NCBI GenBank assembly: GCA_044892505.1
Contig: CM097882.1
Span: forward strand, 159,974,233-160,024,000
From: Schmidtea nova
Taxonomy: Eukaryota
Direction: 5' to 3'
DNA: 49,768 bases
The notes beneath the pieces were generated by a model. The model did no database searches and was not told the origin of the DNA. It saw nothing but the letters and a program-made list of their open reading frames with translations. This document shows, in pieces, positions 9,485-24,400 of the stretch. The translations under genes and the position numbers were made by a program. Within the stretch, counting starts at the first letter, position 1. Every line of letters starts with the position of its first letter.

Positions 9485-12400
9485 AGCTATGATCAAAAGT
9501 GTAAGAACTGTTCTTCTCAGTTTAATCTCTGGGACAAAGCTCATTGAGCTTAATTCGAGATTAAATTGATTTTTGTAACTTGACAGACGCTCCAAGGCTT
9601 GCCTAGCTCTGTCGTAGTGGACCTTACATTGCATTACAGTTTGGTCTGCTTGTTTAAAATAAAATAAAATTAGAAATTTCCAATGACTTATTTAGTTTAT
9701 ATAATATATAACGGCTTTAGACAATCATGACATTGTTTGCAACATTTTTTTCCCAGTCACACTGATAATTTTCCATATGTAGATTTTTGAAACATAAAAG
9801 TACATGGCCTTGAAAATTTAGATTGTTTTTAAACAAACATTTACGTGTCCGACACTGTAGAAATTTACAAAATTTATCCTTGACATCACAAACCTATTGA
9901 AATTGTCTAAGACTGTTAGGTAAAGACAAAAGATAATTATTTAATCAATGCACCATAGAATTTTAGGTGAAACAACAGATATTTTACATACATTATAACA
10001 AATTCCAAATATCGTACTTTTCTTTCTGATGAAAGCGGGATCAGGACAAATTTTTACAATTTGTTCGAGTTTAAAAAATGTTTTTGAAAAAATGAGATAA
10101 AGGCGAAAGATTTATTTCAAACGAAATATAAAACTCTAGTTTGAGATTTGAAATAAAACGGCAAAATTTCACATTTTTGTTACACTTATGAGGAAATTCA
10201 ATTTTACTGAAGTTCCTATCGCAAATATACAGGAACTGTTGATTGGTTTAGAATTCTGTAACAACTTAAAGTTAGTCTAGATAAGAAATTGGTGAAATAA
10301 TGTCGATTCGTTGTCAAATTTTTTCTATGCAAAACATGTTAAAATGCATATGGGTAAATTGATTATGTAAAATAAAGTGATTTGTATTAGTATTTTATCG
10401 CTTCTAGCTTCATAGCTATGATCAAAAGTGTAAGAACTGTTCTTCTCAGTTTAATCTCTGGGACAAAGCTCATTGAGCTTAATTCGAGATTAAATTGATT
10501 TTTGTAACTTGACAGACGCTCCAAGGCTTGCCTAGCTCTGTCGTAGTGGACCTTACATTGCATTACAGTTTGGTCTGCTTGTTTAAAATAAAATAAAATT
10601 AGAAATTTCCAATGACTTATTTAGTTTATATAATATATAACGGCTTTAGACAATCATGACATTGTTTGCAACATTTTTTTCCCAGTCACACTGATAATTT
10701 TCCATATGTAGATTTTTGAAACATAAAAAGTACATGGCCTTGAAAATTTAGATTGTTTTTAAACAAACATTTACGTGTCCGACACTGTAGAAATTTACAA
10801 AATTTATCCTTGACATCACAAACCTATTGAAATTGTCTAAGACTGTTAGGCAAAGACAAAAGATAATTATTTAATCAATGCACCATAGAATTTTAGGTGA
10901 AACAACAGATATTTTATATACATTATAACAAATTCCAAATATTGTACTTTTCTTTCTGATGAAAGCGGGATCAGGACAAATTTTTACAATTTGTTCGAGT
11001 TTAAAAAATGTTTTTGAAAAAATGTGATAAAGGCGAAAGATTTATTTCAAACGAAATATAAAACTCTAGTTTGAGATTTGAAATAAAACGGCAAAATTTC
11101 ACATTTTTGTTACACTTATGAGGAAATTCAATTTTACTGAAGTTCCTATCGCAAATATACAGGAACTGTTGATTGGTTTAGAATTCTGTAACAACTTAAA
11201 GTTAGTCTAGATAAGAAATTGGTGAAATAATGTCGATTCGTTGTCAAATTTTTTCTATGCAAAACATGTTAAAATGCATATGGGTAAATTGATTATGTAA
11301 AATAAAGTGATTTGTATTAGTATTTTATCGCTTCTAGCTTCATAGCTATGATCAAAAGTGTAAGAACTGTTCTTCTCAGTTTAATCTCTGGGACAAAGCT
11401 CATTGAGCTTAATTCGAGATTAAATTGATTTTTGTAACTTGACAGACGCTCCAAGGCTTGCCTAGCTCTGTCGTAGTGGACCTTACATTGCATTACAGTT
11501 TGGTCTGCTTGTTTAAAATAAAATAAAATTAGAAATTTCCAATGACTTATTTAGTTTATATAATATATAACGGCTTTAGACAATCATGACATTGTTTGCA
11601 ACATTTTTTTCCCAGTCACACTGATAATTTTCCATATGTAGATTTTTGAAACATAAAAAGTACATGGCCTTGAAAATTTAGATTGTTTTTAAACAAACAT
11701 TTACGTGTCCGACACTGTAGAAATTTACAAAATTTATCCTTGACATCACAAACCTATTGAAATTGTCTAAGACTGTTAGGCAAAGACAAAAGATAATTAT
11801 TTAATCAATGCACCATAGAATTTTAGGTGAAACAACAAATATTTTATATACATTATAACAAATTCCAAATATTGTACTTTTCTTTCTGATGAAAGCGGGA
11901 TCAGGACAAATTTTTACAATTTGTTCGAGTTTAAAAAATGTTTTTGAAAAAATGTGATAAAGGCGAAAGATTTATTTCAAACGAAATATAAAACTCTAGT
12001 TTGAGATTTGAAATAAAACGGCAAAATTTCACATTTTTGTTACACTTATGAGGAAATTCAATTTTACTGAACTTCCTATCGCAAATATACAGGAACTGTT
12101 GATTGGTTTAGAATTCTGTAACAACTTAAAGTTAGTCTAGATAAGAAATTGGTGAAATAATGTCGATTCGTTGTCAAATTTTTTCTATGCAAAACATGTT
12201 AAAATGCATATGGGTAAATTGATTATGTAAAATAAAGTGATTTGTATTAGTATTTTATCGCTTCTAGCTTCATAGCTATGATCAAAAGTGTAAGAACTGT
12301 TCTTCTCAGTTTAATCTCTGGGACAAAGCTCATTGAGCTTAATTCGAGATTAAATTGATTTTTGTAACTTGACAGACGCTCCAAGGCTTGCCTAGCTCTG

Positions 12401-15400
12401 TCGTAGTGGACCTTACATTGCATTACAGTTTGGTCTGCTTGTTTAAAATAAAATAAAATTAGAAATTTCCAATGACTTATTTAGTTTATATAATATATAA
12501 CGGCTTTAGACAATCATGACATTGTTTGCAACATTTTTTTCCCAGTCACACTGATAATTTTCCATATGTAGATTTTTGAAACATAAAAAGTACATGGCCT
12601 TGAAAATTTAGATTGTTTTTAAACAAACATTTACGTGTCCGACACTGTAGAAATTTACAAAATTTATCCTTGACATCACAAACCTATTGAAATTGTCTAA
12701 GACTGTTAGGTAAAGACAAAAGATAATTATTTAATCAATGCACCATAGAATTTTAGGTGAAACAACAGATATTTTATATACATTATAACAAATTCCAAAT
12801 ATCGTACTTTTCTTTCTGATGAAAGCGGGATCAGGACAAATTTTTACAATTTGTTCGAGTTTAAAAAATGTTTTTGAAAAAATGAGATAAAGGCGAAAGA
12901 TTTATTTCAAACGAAATATAAAACTCTAGTTTGAGATTTGAAATAAAACGGCAAAATTTCACATTTTTGTTACACTTATGAGGAAATTCAATTTTACTGA
13001 AGTTCCTATCGCAAATATACAGGAACTGTTGATTGGTTTAGAATTCTGTAACAACTTAAAGTTAGTCTAGATAAGAAATTGGTGAAATAATGTCGATTCG
13101 TTGTCAAATTTTTTCTATGCAAAACATGTTAAAATGCATATGGGTAAATTGATTATGTAAAATAAAGTGATTTGTATTAGTATTTTATCGCTTCTAGCTT
13201 CATAGCTATGATCAAAAGTGTAAGAACTGTTCTTCTCAGTTTAATCTCTGGGACAAAGCTCATTGAGCTTAATTCGAGATTAAATTGATTTTTGTAACTT
13301 GACAGACGCTCCAAGGCTTGCCTAGCTCTGTCGTAGTGGACCTTACATTGCATTACAGTTTGGTCTGCTTGTTTAAAATAAAATAAAATTAGAAATTTCC
13401 AATGACTTATTTAGTTTATATAATATATAACGGCTTTAGACAATCATGACATTGTTTGCAACATTTTTTTCCCAGTCACACTGATAATTTTCCATATGTA
13501 GATTTTTGAAACATAAAAAGTACATGGCCTTGAAAATTTAGATTGTTTTTAAACAAACATTTACGTGTCCGACACTGTAGAAATTTACAAAATTTATCCT
13601 TGACATCACAAACCTATTGAAATTGTCTAAGACTGTTAGGCAAAGACAAAAGATAATTATTTAATCAATGCACCATAGAATTTTAGGTGAAACAACAGAT
13701 ATTTTATATACATTATAACAAATTCCAAATATTGTACTTTTCTTTCTGATGAAAGCGGGATCAGGACAAATTTTTACAATTTGTTCGAGTTTAAAAAATG
13801 TTTTTGAAAAAATGTGATAAAGGCGAAAGATTTATTTCAAACGAAATATAAAACTCTAGTTTGAGATTTGAAATAAAACGGCAAAATTTCACATTTTTGT
13901 TACACTTATGAGGAAATTCAATTTTACTGAACTTCCTATCGCAAATATACAGGAACTGTTGATTGGTTTAGAATTCTGTAACAACTTAAAGTTAGTCTAG
14001 ATAAGAAATTGGTGAAATAATGTCGATTCGTTGTCAAATTTTTTCTATGCAAAACATGTTAAAATGCATATGGGTAAATTGATTATGTAAAATAAAGTGA
14101 TTTGTATTAGTATTTTATCGCTTCTAGCTTCATAGCTATGATCAAAAGTGTAAGAACTGTTCTTCTCAGTTTAATCTCTGGGACAAAGCTCATTGAGCTT
14201 AATTCGAGATTAAATTGATTTTTGTAACTTGACAGACGCTCCAAGGCTTGCCTAGCTCTGTCGTAGTGGACCTTACATTGCATTACAGTTTGGTCTGCTT
14301 GTTTAAAATAAAATAAAATTAGAAATTTCCAATGACTTATTTAGTTTATATAATATATAACGGCTTTAGACAATCATGACATTGTTTGCAACATTTTTTT
14401 CCCAGTCACACTGATAATTTTCCATATGTAGATTTTTGAAACATAAAAGTACATGGCCTTGAAAATTTAGATTGTTTTTAAACAAACATTTACGTGTCCG
14501 ACACTGTAGAAATTTACAAAATTTATCCTTGACATCACAAACCTATTGAAATTGTCTAAGACTGTTAGGTAAAGACAAAAGATAATTATTTAATCAATGC
14601 ACCATAGAATTTTAGGTGAAACAACAGATATTTTACATACATTATAACAAATTCCAAATATCGTACTTTTCTTTCTGATGAAAGCGGGATCAGGACAAAT
14701 TTTTACAATTTGTTCGAGTTTAAAAAATGTTTTTGAAAAAATGAGATAAAGGCGAAAGATTTATTTCAAACGAAATATAAAACTCTAGTTTGAGATTTGA
14801 AATAAAACGGCAAAATTTCACATTTTTGTTACACTTATGAGGAAATTCAATTTTACTGAAGTTCCTATCGCAAATATACAGGAACTGTTGATTGGTTTAG
14901 AATTCTGTAACAACTTAAAGTTAGTCTAGATAAGAAATTGGTGAAATAATGTCGATTCGTTGTCAAATTTTTTCTATGCAAAACATGTTAAAATGCATAT
15001 GGGTAAATTGATTATGTAAAATAAAGTGATTTGTATTAGTATTTTATCGCTTCTAGCTTCATAGCTATGATCAAAAGTGTAAGAACTGTTCTTCTCAGTT
15101 TAATCTCTGGGACAAAGCTCATTGAGCTTAATTCGAGATTAAATTGATTTTTGTAACTTGACAGACGCTCCAAGGCTTGCCTAGCTCTGTCGTAGTGGAC
15201 CTTACATTGCATTACAGTTTGGTCTGCTTGTTTAAAATAAAATAAAATTAGAAATTTCCAATGACTTATTTAGTTTATATAATATATAACGGCTTTAGAC
15301 AATCATGACATTGTTTGCAACATTTTTTTCCCAGTCACACTGATAATTTTCCATATGTAGATTTTTGAAACATAAAAAGTACATGGCCTTGAAAATTTAG

Positions 15401-18400
15401 ATTGTTTTTAAACAAACATTTACGTGTCCGACACTGTAGAAATTTACAAAATTTATCCTTGACATCACAAACCTATTGAAATTGTCTAAGACTGTTAGGC
15501 AAAGACAAAAGATAATTATTTAATCAATGCACCATAGAATTTTAGGTGAAACAACAGATATTTTATATACATTATAACAAATTCCAAATATTGTACTTTT
15601 CTTTCTGATGAAAGCGGGATCAGGACAAATTTTTACAATTTGTTCGAGTTTAAAAAATGTTTTTGAAAAAATGTGATAAAGGCGAAAGATTTATTTCAAA
15701 CGAAATATAAAACTCTAGTTTGAGATTTGAAATAAAACGGCAAAATTTCACATTTTTGTTACACTTATGAGGAAATTCAATTTTACTGAAGTTCCTATCG
15801 CAAATATACAGGAACTGTTGATTGGTTTAGAATTCTGTAACAACTTAAAGTTAGTCTAGATAAGAAATTGGTGAAATAATGTCGATTCGTTGTCAAATTT
15901 TTTCTATGCAAAACATGTTAAAATGCATATGGGTAAATTGATTATGTAAAATAAAGTGATTTGTATTAGTATTTTATCGCTTCTAGCTTCATAGCTATGA
16001 TCAAAAGTGTAAGAAATGTTCTTCTCAGTTTAATCTCTGGGACAAAGCTCATTGAGCTTAATTCGAGATTAAATTGATTTTTGTAACTTGACAGACGCTC
16101 CAAGGCTTGCCTAGCTCTGTCGTAGTGGACCTTACATTGCATTACAGTTTGGTCTGCTTGTTTAAAATAAAATAAAATTAGAAATTTCCAATGACTTATT
16201 TAGTTTATATAATATATAACGGCTTTAGACAATCATGACATTGTTTGCAACATTTTTTTCCCAGTCACACTGATAATTTTCCATATGTAGATTTTTGAAA
16301 CATAAAAAGTACATGGCCTTGAAAATTTAGATTGTTTTTAAACAAACATTTACGTGTCCGACACTGTAGAAATTTACAAAATTTATCCTTGACATCACAA
16401 ACCTATTGAAATTGTCTAAGACTGTTAGGCAAAGACAAAAGATAATTATTTAATCAATGCACCATAGAATTTTAGGTGAAACAACAGATATTTTATATAC
16501 ATTATAACAAATTCCAAATATTGTACTTTTCTTTCTGATGAAAGCGGGATCAGGACAAATTTTTACAATTTGTTCGAGTTTAAAAAATGTTTTTGAAAAA
16601 ATGTGATAAAGGCGAAAGATTTATTTCAAACGAAATATAAAACTCTAGTTTGAGATTTGAAATAAAACGGCAAAATTTCACATTTTTGTTACACTTATGA
16701 GGAAATTCAATTTTACTGAAGTTCCTATCGCAAATATACAGGAACTGTTGATTGGTTTAGAATTCTGTAACAACTTAAAGTTAGTCTAGATAAGAAATTG
16801 GTGAAATAATGTCGATTCGTTGTCAAATTTTTTCTATGCAAAACATGTTAAAATGCATATGGGTAAATTGATTATGTAAAATAAAGTGATTTGTATTAGT
16901 ATTTTATCGCTTCTAGCTTCATAGCTATGATCAAAAGTGTAAGAACTGTTCTTCTCAGTTTAATCTCTGGGACAAAGCTCATTGAGCTTAATTCGAGATT
17001 AAATTGATTTTTGTAACTTGACAGACGCTCCAAGGCTTGCCTAGCTCTGTCGTAGTGGACCTTACATTGCATTACAGTTTGGTCTGCTTGTTTAAAATAA
17101 AATAAAATTAGAAATTTCCAATGACTTATTTAGTTTATATAATATATAACGGCTTTAGACAATCATGACATTGTTTGCAACATTTTTTTCCCAGTCACAC
17201 TGATAATTTTCCATATGTAGATTTTTGAAACATAAAAAGTACATGGCCTTGAAAATTTAGATTGTTTTTAAACAAACATTTACGTGTCCGACACTGTAGA
17301 AATTTACAAAATTTATCCTTGACATCACAAACCTATTGAAATTGTCTAAGACTGTTAGGCAAAGACAAAAGATAATTATTTAATCAATGCACCATAGAAT
17401 TTTAGGTGAAACAACAGATATTTTATATACATTATAACAAATTCCAAATATTGTACTTTTCTTTCTGATGAAAGCGGGATCAGGACAAATTTTTACAATT
17501 TGTTCGAGTTTAAAAAATGTTTTTGAAAAAATGTGATAAAGGCGAAAGATTTATTTCAAACGAAATATAAAACTCTAGTTTGAGATTTGAAATAAAACGG
17601 CAAAATTTCACATTTTTGTTACACTTATGAGGAAATTCAATTTTACTGAACTTCCTATCGCAAATATACAGGAACTGTTGATTGGTTTAGAATTCTGTAA
17701 CAACTTAAAGTTAGTCTAGATAAGAAATTGGTGAAATAATGTCGATTCGTTGTCAAATTTTTTCTATGCAAAACATGTTAAAATGCATATGGGTAAATTG
17801 ATTATGTAAAATAAAGTGATTTGTATTAGTATTTTATCGCTTCTAGCTTCATAGCTATGATCAAAAGTGTAAGAACTGTTCTTCTCAGTTTAATCTCTGG
17901 GACAAAGCTCATTGAGCTTAATTCGAGATTAAATTGATTTTTGTAACTTGACAGACGCTCCAAGGCTTGCCTAGCTCTGTCGTAGTGGACCTTACATTGC
18001 ATTACAGTTTGGTCTGCTTGTTTAAAATAAAATAAAATTAGAAATTTCCAATGACTTATTTAGTTTATATAATATATAACGGCTTTAGACAATCATGACA
18101 TTGTTTGCAACATTTTTTTCCCAGTCACACTGATAATTTTCCATATGTAGATTTTTGAAACATAAAAAGTACATGGCCTTGAAAATTTAGATTGTTTTTA
18201 AACAAACATTTACGTGTCCGACACTGTAGAAATTTACAAAATTTATCCTTGACATCACAAACCTATTGAAATTGTCTAAGACTGTTAGGCAAAGACAAAA
18301 GATAATTATTTAATCAATGCACCATAGAATTTTAGGTGAAACAACAGATATTTTATATACATTATAACAAATTCCAAATATTGTACTTTTCTTTCTGATG

Positions 18401-21400
18401 AAAGCGGGATCAGGACAAATTTTTACAATTTGTTCGAGTTTAAAAAATGTTTTTGAAAAAATGTGATAAAGGCGAAAGATTTATTTCAAACGAAATATAA
18501 AACTCTAGTTTGAGATTTGAAATAAAACGGCAAAATTTCACATTTTTGTTACACTTATGAGGAAATTCAATTTTACTGAACTTCCTATCGCAAATATACA
18601 GGAACTGTTGATTGGTTTAGAATTCTGTAACAACTTAAAGTTAGTCTAGATAAGAAATTGGTGAAATAATGTCGATTCGTTGTCAAATTTTTTCTATGCA
18701 AAACATGTTAAAATGCATATGGGTAAATTGATTATGTAAAATAAAGTGATTTGTATTAGTATTTTATCGCTTCTAGCTTCATAGCTATGATCAAAAGTGT
18801 AAGAACTGTTCTTCTCAGTTTAATCTCTGGGACAAAGCTCATTGAGCTTAATTCGAGATTAAATTGATTTTTGTAACTTGACAGACGCTCCAAGGCTTGC
18901 CTAGCTCTGTCGTAGTGGACCTTACATTGCATTACAGTTTGGTCTGCTTGTTTAAAATAAAATAAAATTAGAAATTTCCAATGACTTATTTAGTTTATAT
19001 AATATATAACGGCTTTAGACAATCATGACATTGTTTGCAACATTTTTTTCCCAGTCACACTGATAATTTTCCATATGTAGATTTTTGAAACATAAAAGTA
19101 CATGGCCTTGAAAATTTAGATTGTTTTTAAACAAACATTTACGTGTCCGACACTGTAGAAATTTACAAAATTTATCCTTGACATCACAAACCTATTGAAA
19201 TTGTCTAAGACTGTTAGGTAAAGACAAAAGATAATTATTTAATCAATGCACCATAGAATTTTAGGTGAAACAACAGATATTTTACATACATTATAACAAA
19301 TTCCAAATATCGTACTTTTCTTTCTGATGAAAGCGGGATCAGGACAAATTTTTACAATTTGTTCGAGTTTAAAAAATGTTTTTGAAAAAATGAGATAAAG
19401 GCGAAAGATTTATTTCAAACGAAATATAAAACTCTAGTTTGAGATTTGAAATAAAACGGCAAAATTTCACATTTTTGTTACACTTATGAGGAAATTCAAT
19501 TTTACTGAAGTTCCTATCGCAAATATACAGGAACTGTTGATTGGTTTAGAATTCTGTAACAACTTAAAGTTAGTCTAGATAAGAAATTGGTGAAATAATG
19601 TCGATTCGTTGTCAAATTTTTTCTATGCAAAACATGTTAAAATGCATATGGGTAAATTGATTATGTAAAATAAAGTGATTTGTATTAGTATTTTATCGCT
19701 TCTAGCTTCATAGCTATGATCAAAAGTGTAAGAACTGTTCTTCTCAGTTTAATCTCTGGGACAAAGCTCATTGAGCTTAATTCGAGATTAAATTGATTTT
19801 TGTAACTTGACAGACGCTCCAAGGCTTGCCTAGCTCTGTCGTAGTGGACCTTACATTGCATTACAGTTTGGTCTGCTTGTTTAAAATAAAATAAAATTAG
19901 AAATTTCCAATGACTTATTTAGTTTATATAATATATAACGGCTTTAGACAATCATGACATTGTTTGCAACATTTTTTTCCCAGTCACACTGATAATTTTC
20001 CATATGTAGATTTTTGAAACATAAAAAGTACATGGCCTTGAAAATTTAGATTGTTTTTAAACAAACATTTACGTGTCCGACACTGTAGAAATTTACAAAA
20101 TTTATCCTTGACATCACAAACCTATTGAAATTGTCTAAGACTGTTAGGCAAAGACAAAAGATAATTATTTAATCAATGCACCATAGAATTTTAGGTGAAA
20201 CAACAGATATTTTATATACATTATAACAAATTCCAAATATTGTACTTTTCTTTCTGATGAAAGCGGGATCAGGACAAATTTTTACAATTTGTTCGAGTTT
20301 AAAAAATGTTTTTGAAAAAATGTGATAAAGGCGAAAGATTTATTTCAAACGAAATATAAAACTCTAGTTTGAGATTTGAAATAAAACGGCAAAATTTCAC
20401 ATTTTTGTTACACTTATGAGGAAATTCAATTTTACTGAAGTTCCTATCGCAAATATACAGGAACTGTTGATTGGTTTAGAATTCTGTAACAACTTAAAGT
20501 TAGTCTAGATAAGAAATTGGTGAAATAATGTCGATTCGTTGTCAAATTTTTTCTATGCAAAACATGTTAAAATGCATATGGGTAAATTGATTATGTAAAA
20601 TAAAGTGATTTGTATTAGTATTTTATCGCTTCTAGCTTCATAGCTATGATCAAAAGTGTAAGAACTGTTCTTCTCAGTTTAATCTCTGGGACAAAGCTCA
20701 TTGAGCTTAATTCGAGATTAAATTGATTTTTGTAACTTGACAGACGCTCCAAGGCTTGCCTAGCTCTGTCGTAGTGGACCTTACATTGCATTACAGTTTG
20801 GTCTGCTTGTTTAAAATAAAATAAAATTAGAAATTTCCAATGACTTATTTAGTTTATATAATATATAACGGCTTTAGACAATCATGACATTGTTTGCAAC
20901 ATTTTTTTCCCAGTCACACTGATAATTTTCCATATGTAGATTTTTGAAACATAAAAAGTACATGGCCTTGAAAATTTAGATTGTTTTTAAACAAACATTT
21001 ACGTGTCCGACACTGTAGAAATTTACAAAATTTATCCTTGACATCACAAACCTATTGAAATTGTCTAAGACTGTTAGGCAAAGACAAAAGATAATTATTT
21101 AATCAATGCACCATAGAATTTTAGGTGAAACAACAAATATTTTATATACATTATAACAAATTCCAAATATTGTACTTTTCTTTCTGATGAAAGCGGGATC
21201 AGGACAAATTTTTACAATTTGTTCGAGTTTAAAAAATGTTTTTGAAAAAATGTGATAAAGGCGAAAGATTTATTTCAAACGAAATATAAAACTCTAGTTT
21301 GAGATTTGAAATAAAACGGCAAAATTTCACATTTTTGTTACACTTATGAGGAAATTCAATTTTACTGAACTTCCTATCGCAAATATACAGGAACTGTTGA

Positions 21401-24400
21401 TTGGTTTAGAATTCTGTAACAACTTAAAGTTAGTCTAGATAAGAAATTGGTGAAATAATGTCGATTCGTTGTCAAATTTTTTCTATGCAAAACATGTTAA
21501 AATGCATATGGGTAAATTGATTATGTAAAATAAAGTGATTTGTATTAGTATTTTATCGCTTCTAGCTTCATAGCTATGATCAAAAGTGTAAGAACTGTTC
21601 TTCTCAGTTTAATCTCTGGGACAAAGCTCATTGAGCTTAATTCGAGATTAAATTGATTTTTGTAACTTGACAGACGCTCCAAGGCTTGCCTAGCTCTGTC
21701 GTAGTGGACCTTACATTGCATTACAGTTTGGTCTGCTTGTTTAAAATAAAATAAAATTAGAAATTTCCAATGACTTATTTAGTTTATATAATATATAACG
21801 GCTTTAGACAATCATGACATTGTTTGCAACATTTTTTTCCCAGTCACACTGATAATTTTCCATATGTAGATTTTTGAAACATAAAAAGTACATGGCCTTG
21901 AAAATTTAGATTGTTTTTAAACAAACATTTACGTGTCCGACACTGTAGAAATTTACAAAATTTATCCTTGACATCACAAACCTATTGAAATTGTCTAAGA
22001 CTGTTAGGTAAAGACAAAAGATAATTATTTAATCAATGCACCATAGAATTTTAGGTGAAACAACAGATATTTTATATACATTATAACAAATTCCAAATAT
22101 CGTACTTTTCTTTCTGATGAAAGCGGGATCAGGACAAATTTTTACAATTTGTTCGAGTTTAAAAAATGTTTTTGAAAAAATGTGATAAAGGCGAAAGATT
22201 TATTTCAAACGAAATATAAAACTCTAGTTTGAGATTTGAAATAAAACGGCAAAATTTCACATTTTTGTTACACTTATGAGGAAATTCAATTTTACTGAAG
22301 TTCCTATCGCAAATATACAGGAACTGTTGATTGGTTTAGAATTCTGTAACAACTTAAAGTTAGTCTAGATAAGAAATTGGTGAAATAATGTCGATTCGTT
22401 GTCAAATTTTTTCTATGCAAAACATGTTAAAATGCATATGGGTAAATTGATTATGTAAAATAAAGTGATTTGTATTAGTATTTTATCGCTTCTAGCTTCA
22501 TAGCTATGATCAAAAGTGTAAGAACTGTTCTTCTCAGTTTAATCTCTGGGACAAAGCTCATTGAGCTTAATTCGAGATTAAATTGATTTTTGTAACTTGA
22601 CAGACGCTCCAAGGCTTGCCTAGCTCTGTCGTAGTGGACCTTACATTGCATTACAGTTTGGTCTGCTTGTTTAAAATAAAATAAAATTAGAAATTTCCAA
22701 TGACTTATTTAGTTTATATAATATATAACGGCTTTAGACAATCATGACATTGTTTGCAACATTTTTTTCCCAGTCACACTGATAATTTTCCATATGTAGA
22801 TTTTTGAAACATAAAAAGTACATGGCCTTGAAAATTTAGATTGTTTTTAAACAAACATTTACGTGTCCGACACTGTAGAAATTTACAAAATTTATCCTTG
22901 ACATCACAAACCTATTGAAATTGTCTAAGACTGTTAGGCAAAGACAAAAGATAATTATTTAATCAATGCACCATAGAATTTTAGGTGAAACAACAGATAT
23001 TTTATATACATTATAACAAATTCCAAATATTGTACTTTTCTTTCTGATGAAAGCGGGATCAGGACAAATTTTTACAATTTGTTCGAGTTTAAAAAATGTT
23101 TTTGAAAAAATGTGATAAAGGCGAAAGATTTATTTCAAACGAAATATAAAACTCTAGTTTGAGATTTGAAATAAAACGGCAAAATTTCACATTTTTGTTA
23201 CACTTATGAGGAAATTCAATTTTACTGAACTTCCTATCGCAAATATACAGGAACTGTTGATTGGTTTAGAATTCTGTAACAACTTAAAGTTAGTCTAGAT
23301 AAGAAATTGGTGAAATAATGTCGATTCGTTGTCAAATTTTTTCTATGCAAAACATGTTAAAATGCATATGGGTAAATTGATTATGTAAAATAAAGTGATT
23401 TGTATTAGTATTTTATCGCTTCTAGCTTCATAGCTATGATCAAAAGTGTAAGAACTGTTCTTCTCAGTTTAATCTCTGGGACAAAGCTCATTGAGCTTAA
23501 TTCGAGATTAAATTGATTTTTGTAACTTGACAGACGCTCCAAGGCTTGCCTAGCTCTGTCGTAGTGGACCTTACATTGCATTACAGTTTGGTCTGCTTGT
23601 TTAAAATAAAATAAAATTAGAAATTTCCAATGACTTATTTAGTTTATATAATATATAACGGCTTTAGACAATCATGACATTGTTTGCAACATTTTTTTCC
23701 CAGTCACACTGATAATTTTCCATATGTAGATTTTTGAAACATAAAAGTACATGGCCTTGAAAATTTAGATTGTTTTTAAACAAACATTTACGTGTCCGAC
23801 ACTGTAGAAATTTACAAAATTTATCCTTGACATCACAAACCTATTGAAATTGTCTAAGACTGTTAGGTAAAGACAAAAGATAATTATTTAATCAATGCAC
23901 CATAGAATTTTAGGTGAAACAACAGATATTTTACATACATTATAACAAATTCCAAATATCGTACTTTTCTTTCTGATGAAAGCGGGATCAGGACAAATTT
24001 TTACAATTTGTTCGAGTTTAAAAAATGTTTTTGAAAAAATGAGATAAAGGCGAAAGATTTATTTCAAACGAAATATAAAACTCTAGTTTGAGATTTGAAA
24101 TAAAACGGCAAAATTTCACATTTTTGTTACACTTATGAGGAAATTCAATTTTACTGAAGTTCCTATCGCAAATATACAGGAACTGTTGATTGGTTTAGAA
24201 TTCTGTAACAACTTAAAGTTAGTCTAGATAAGAAATTGGTGAAATAATGTCGATTCGTTGTCAAATTTTTTCTATGCAAAACATGTTAAAATGCATATGG
24301 GTAAATTGATTATGTAAAATAAAGTGATTTGTATTAGTATTTTATCGCTTCTAGCTTCATAGCTATGATCAAAAGTGTAAGAACTGTTCTTCTCAGTTTA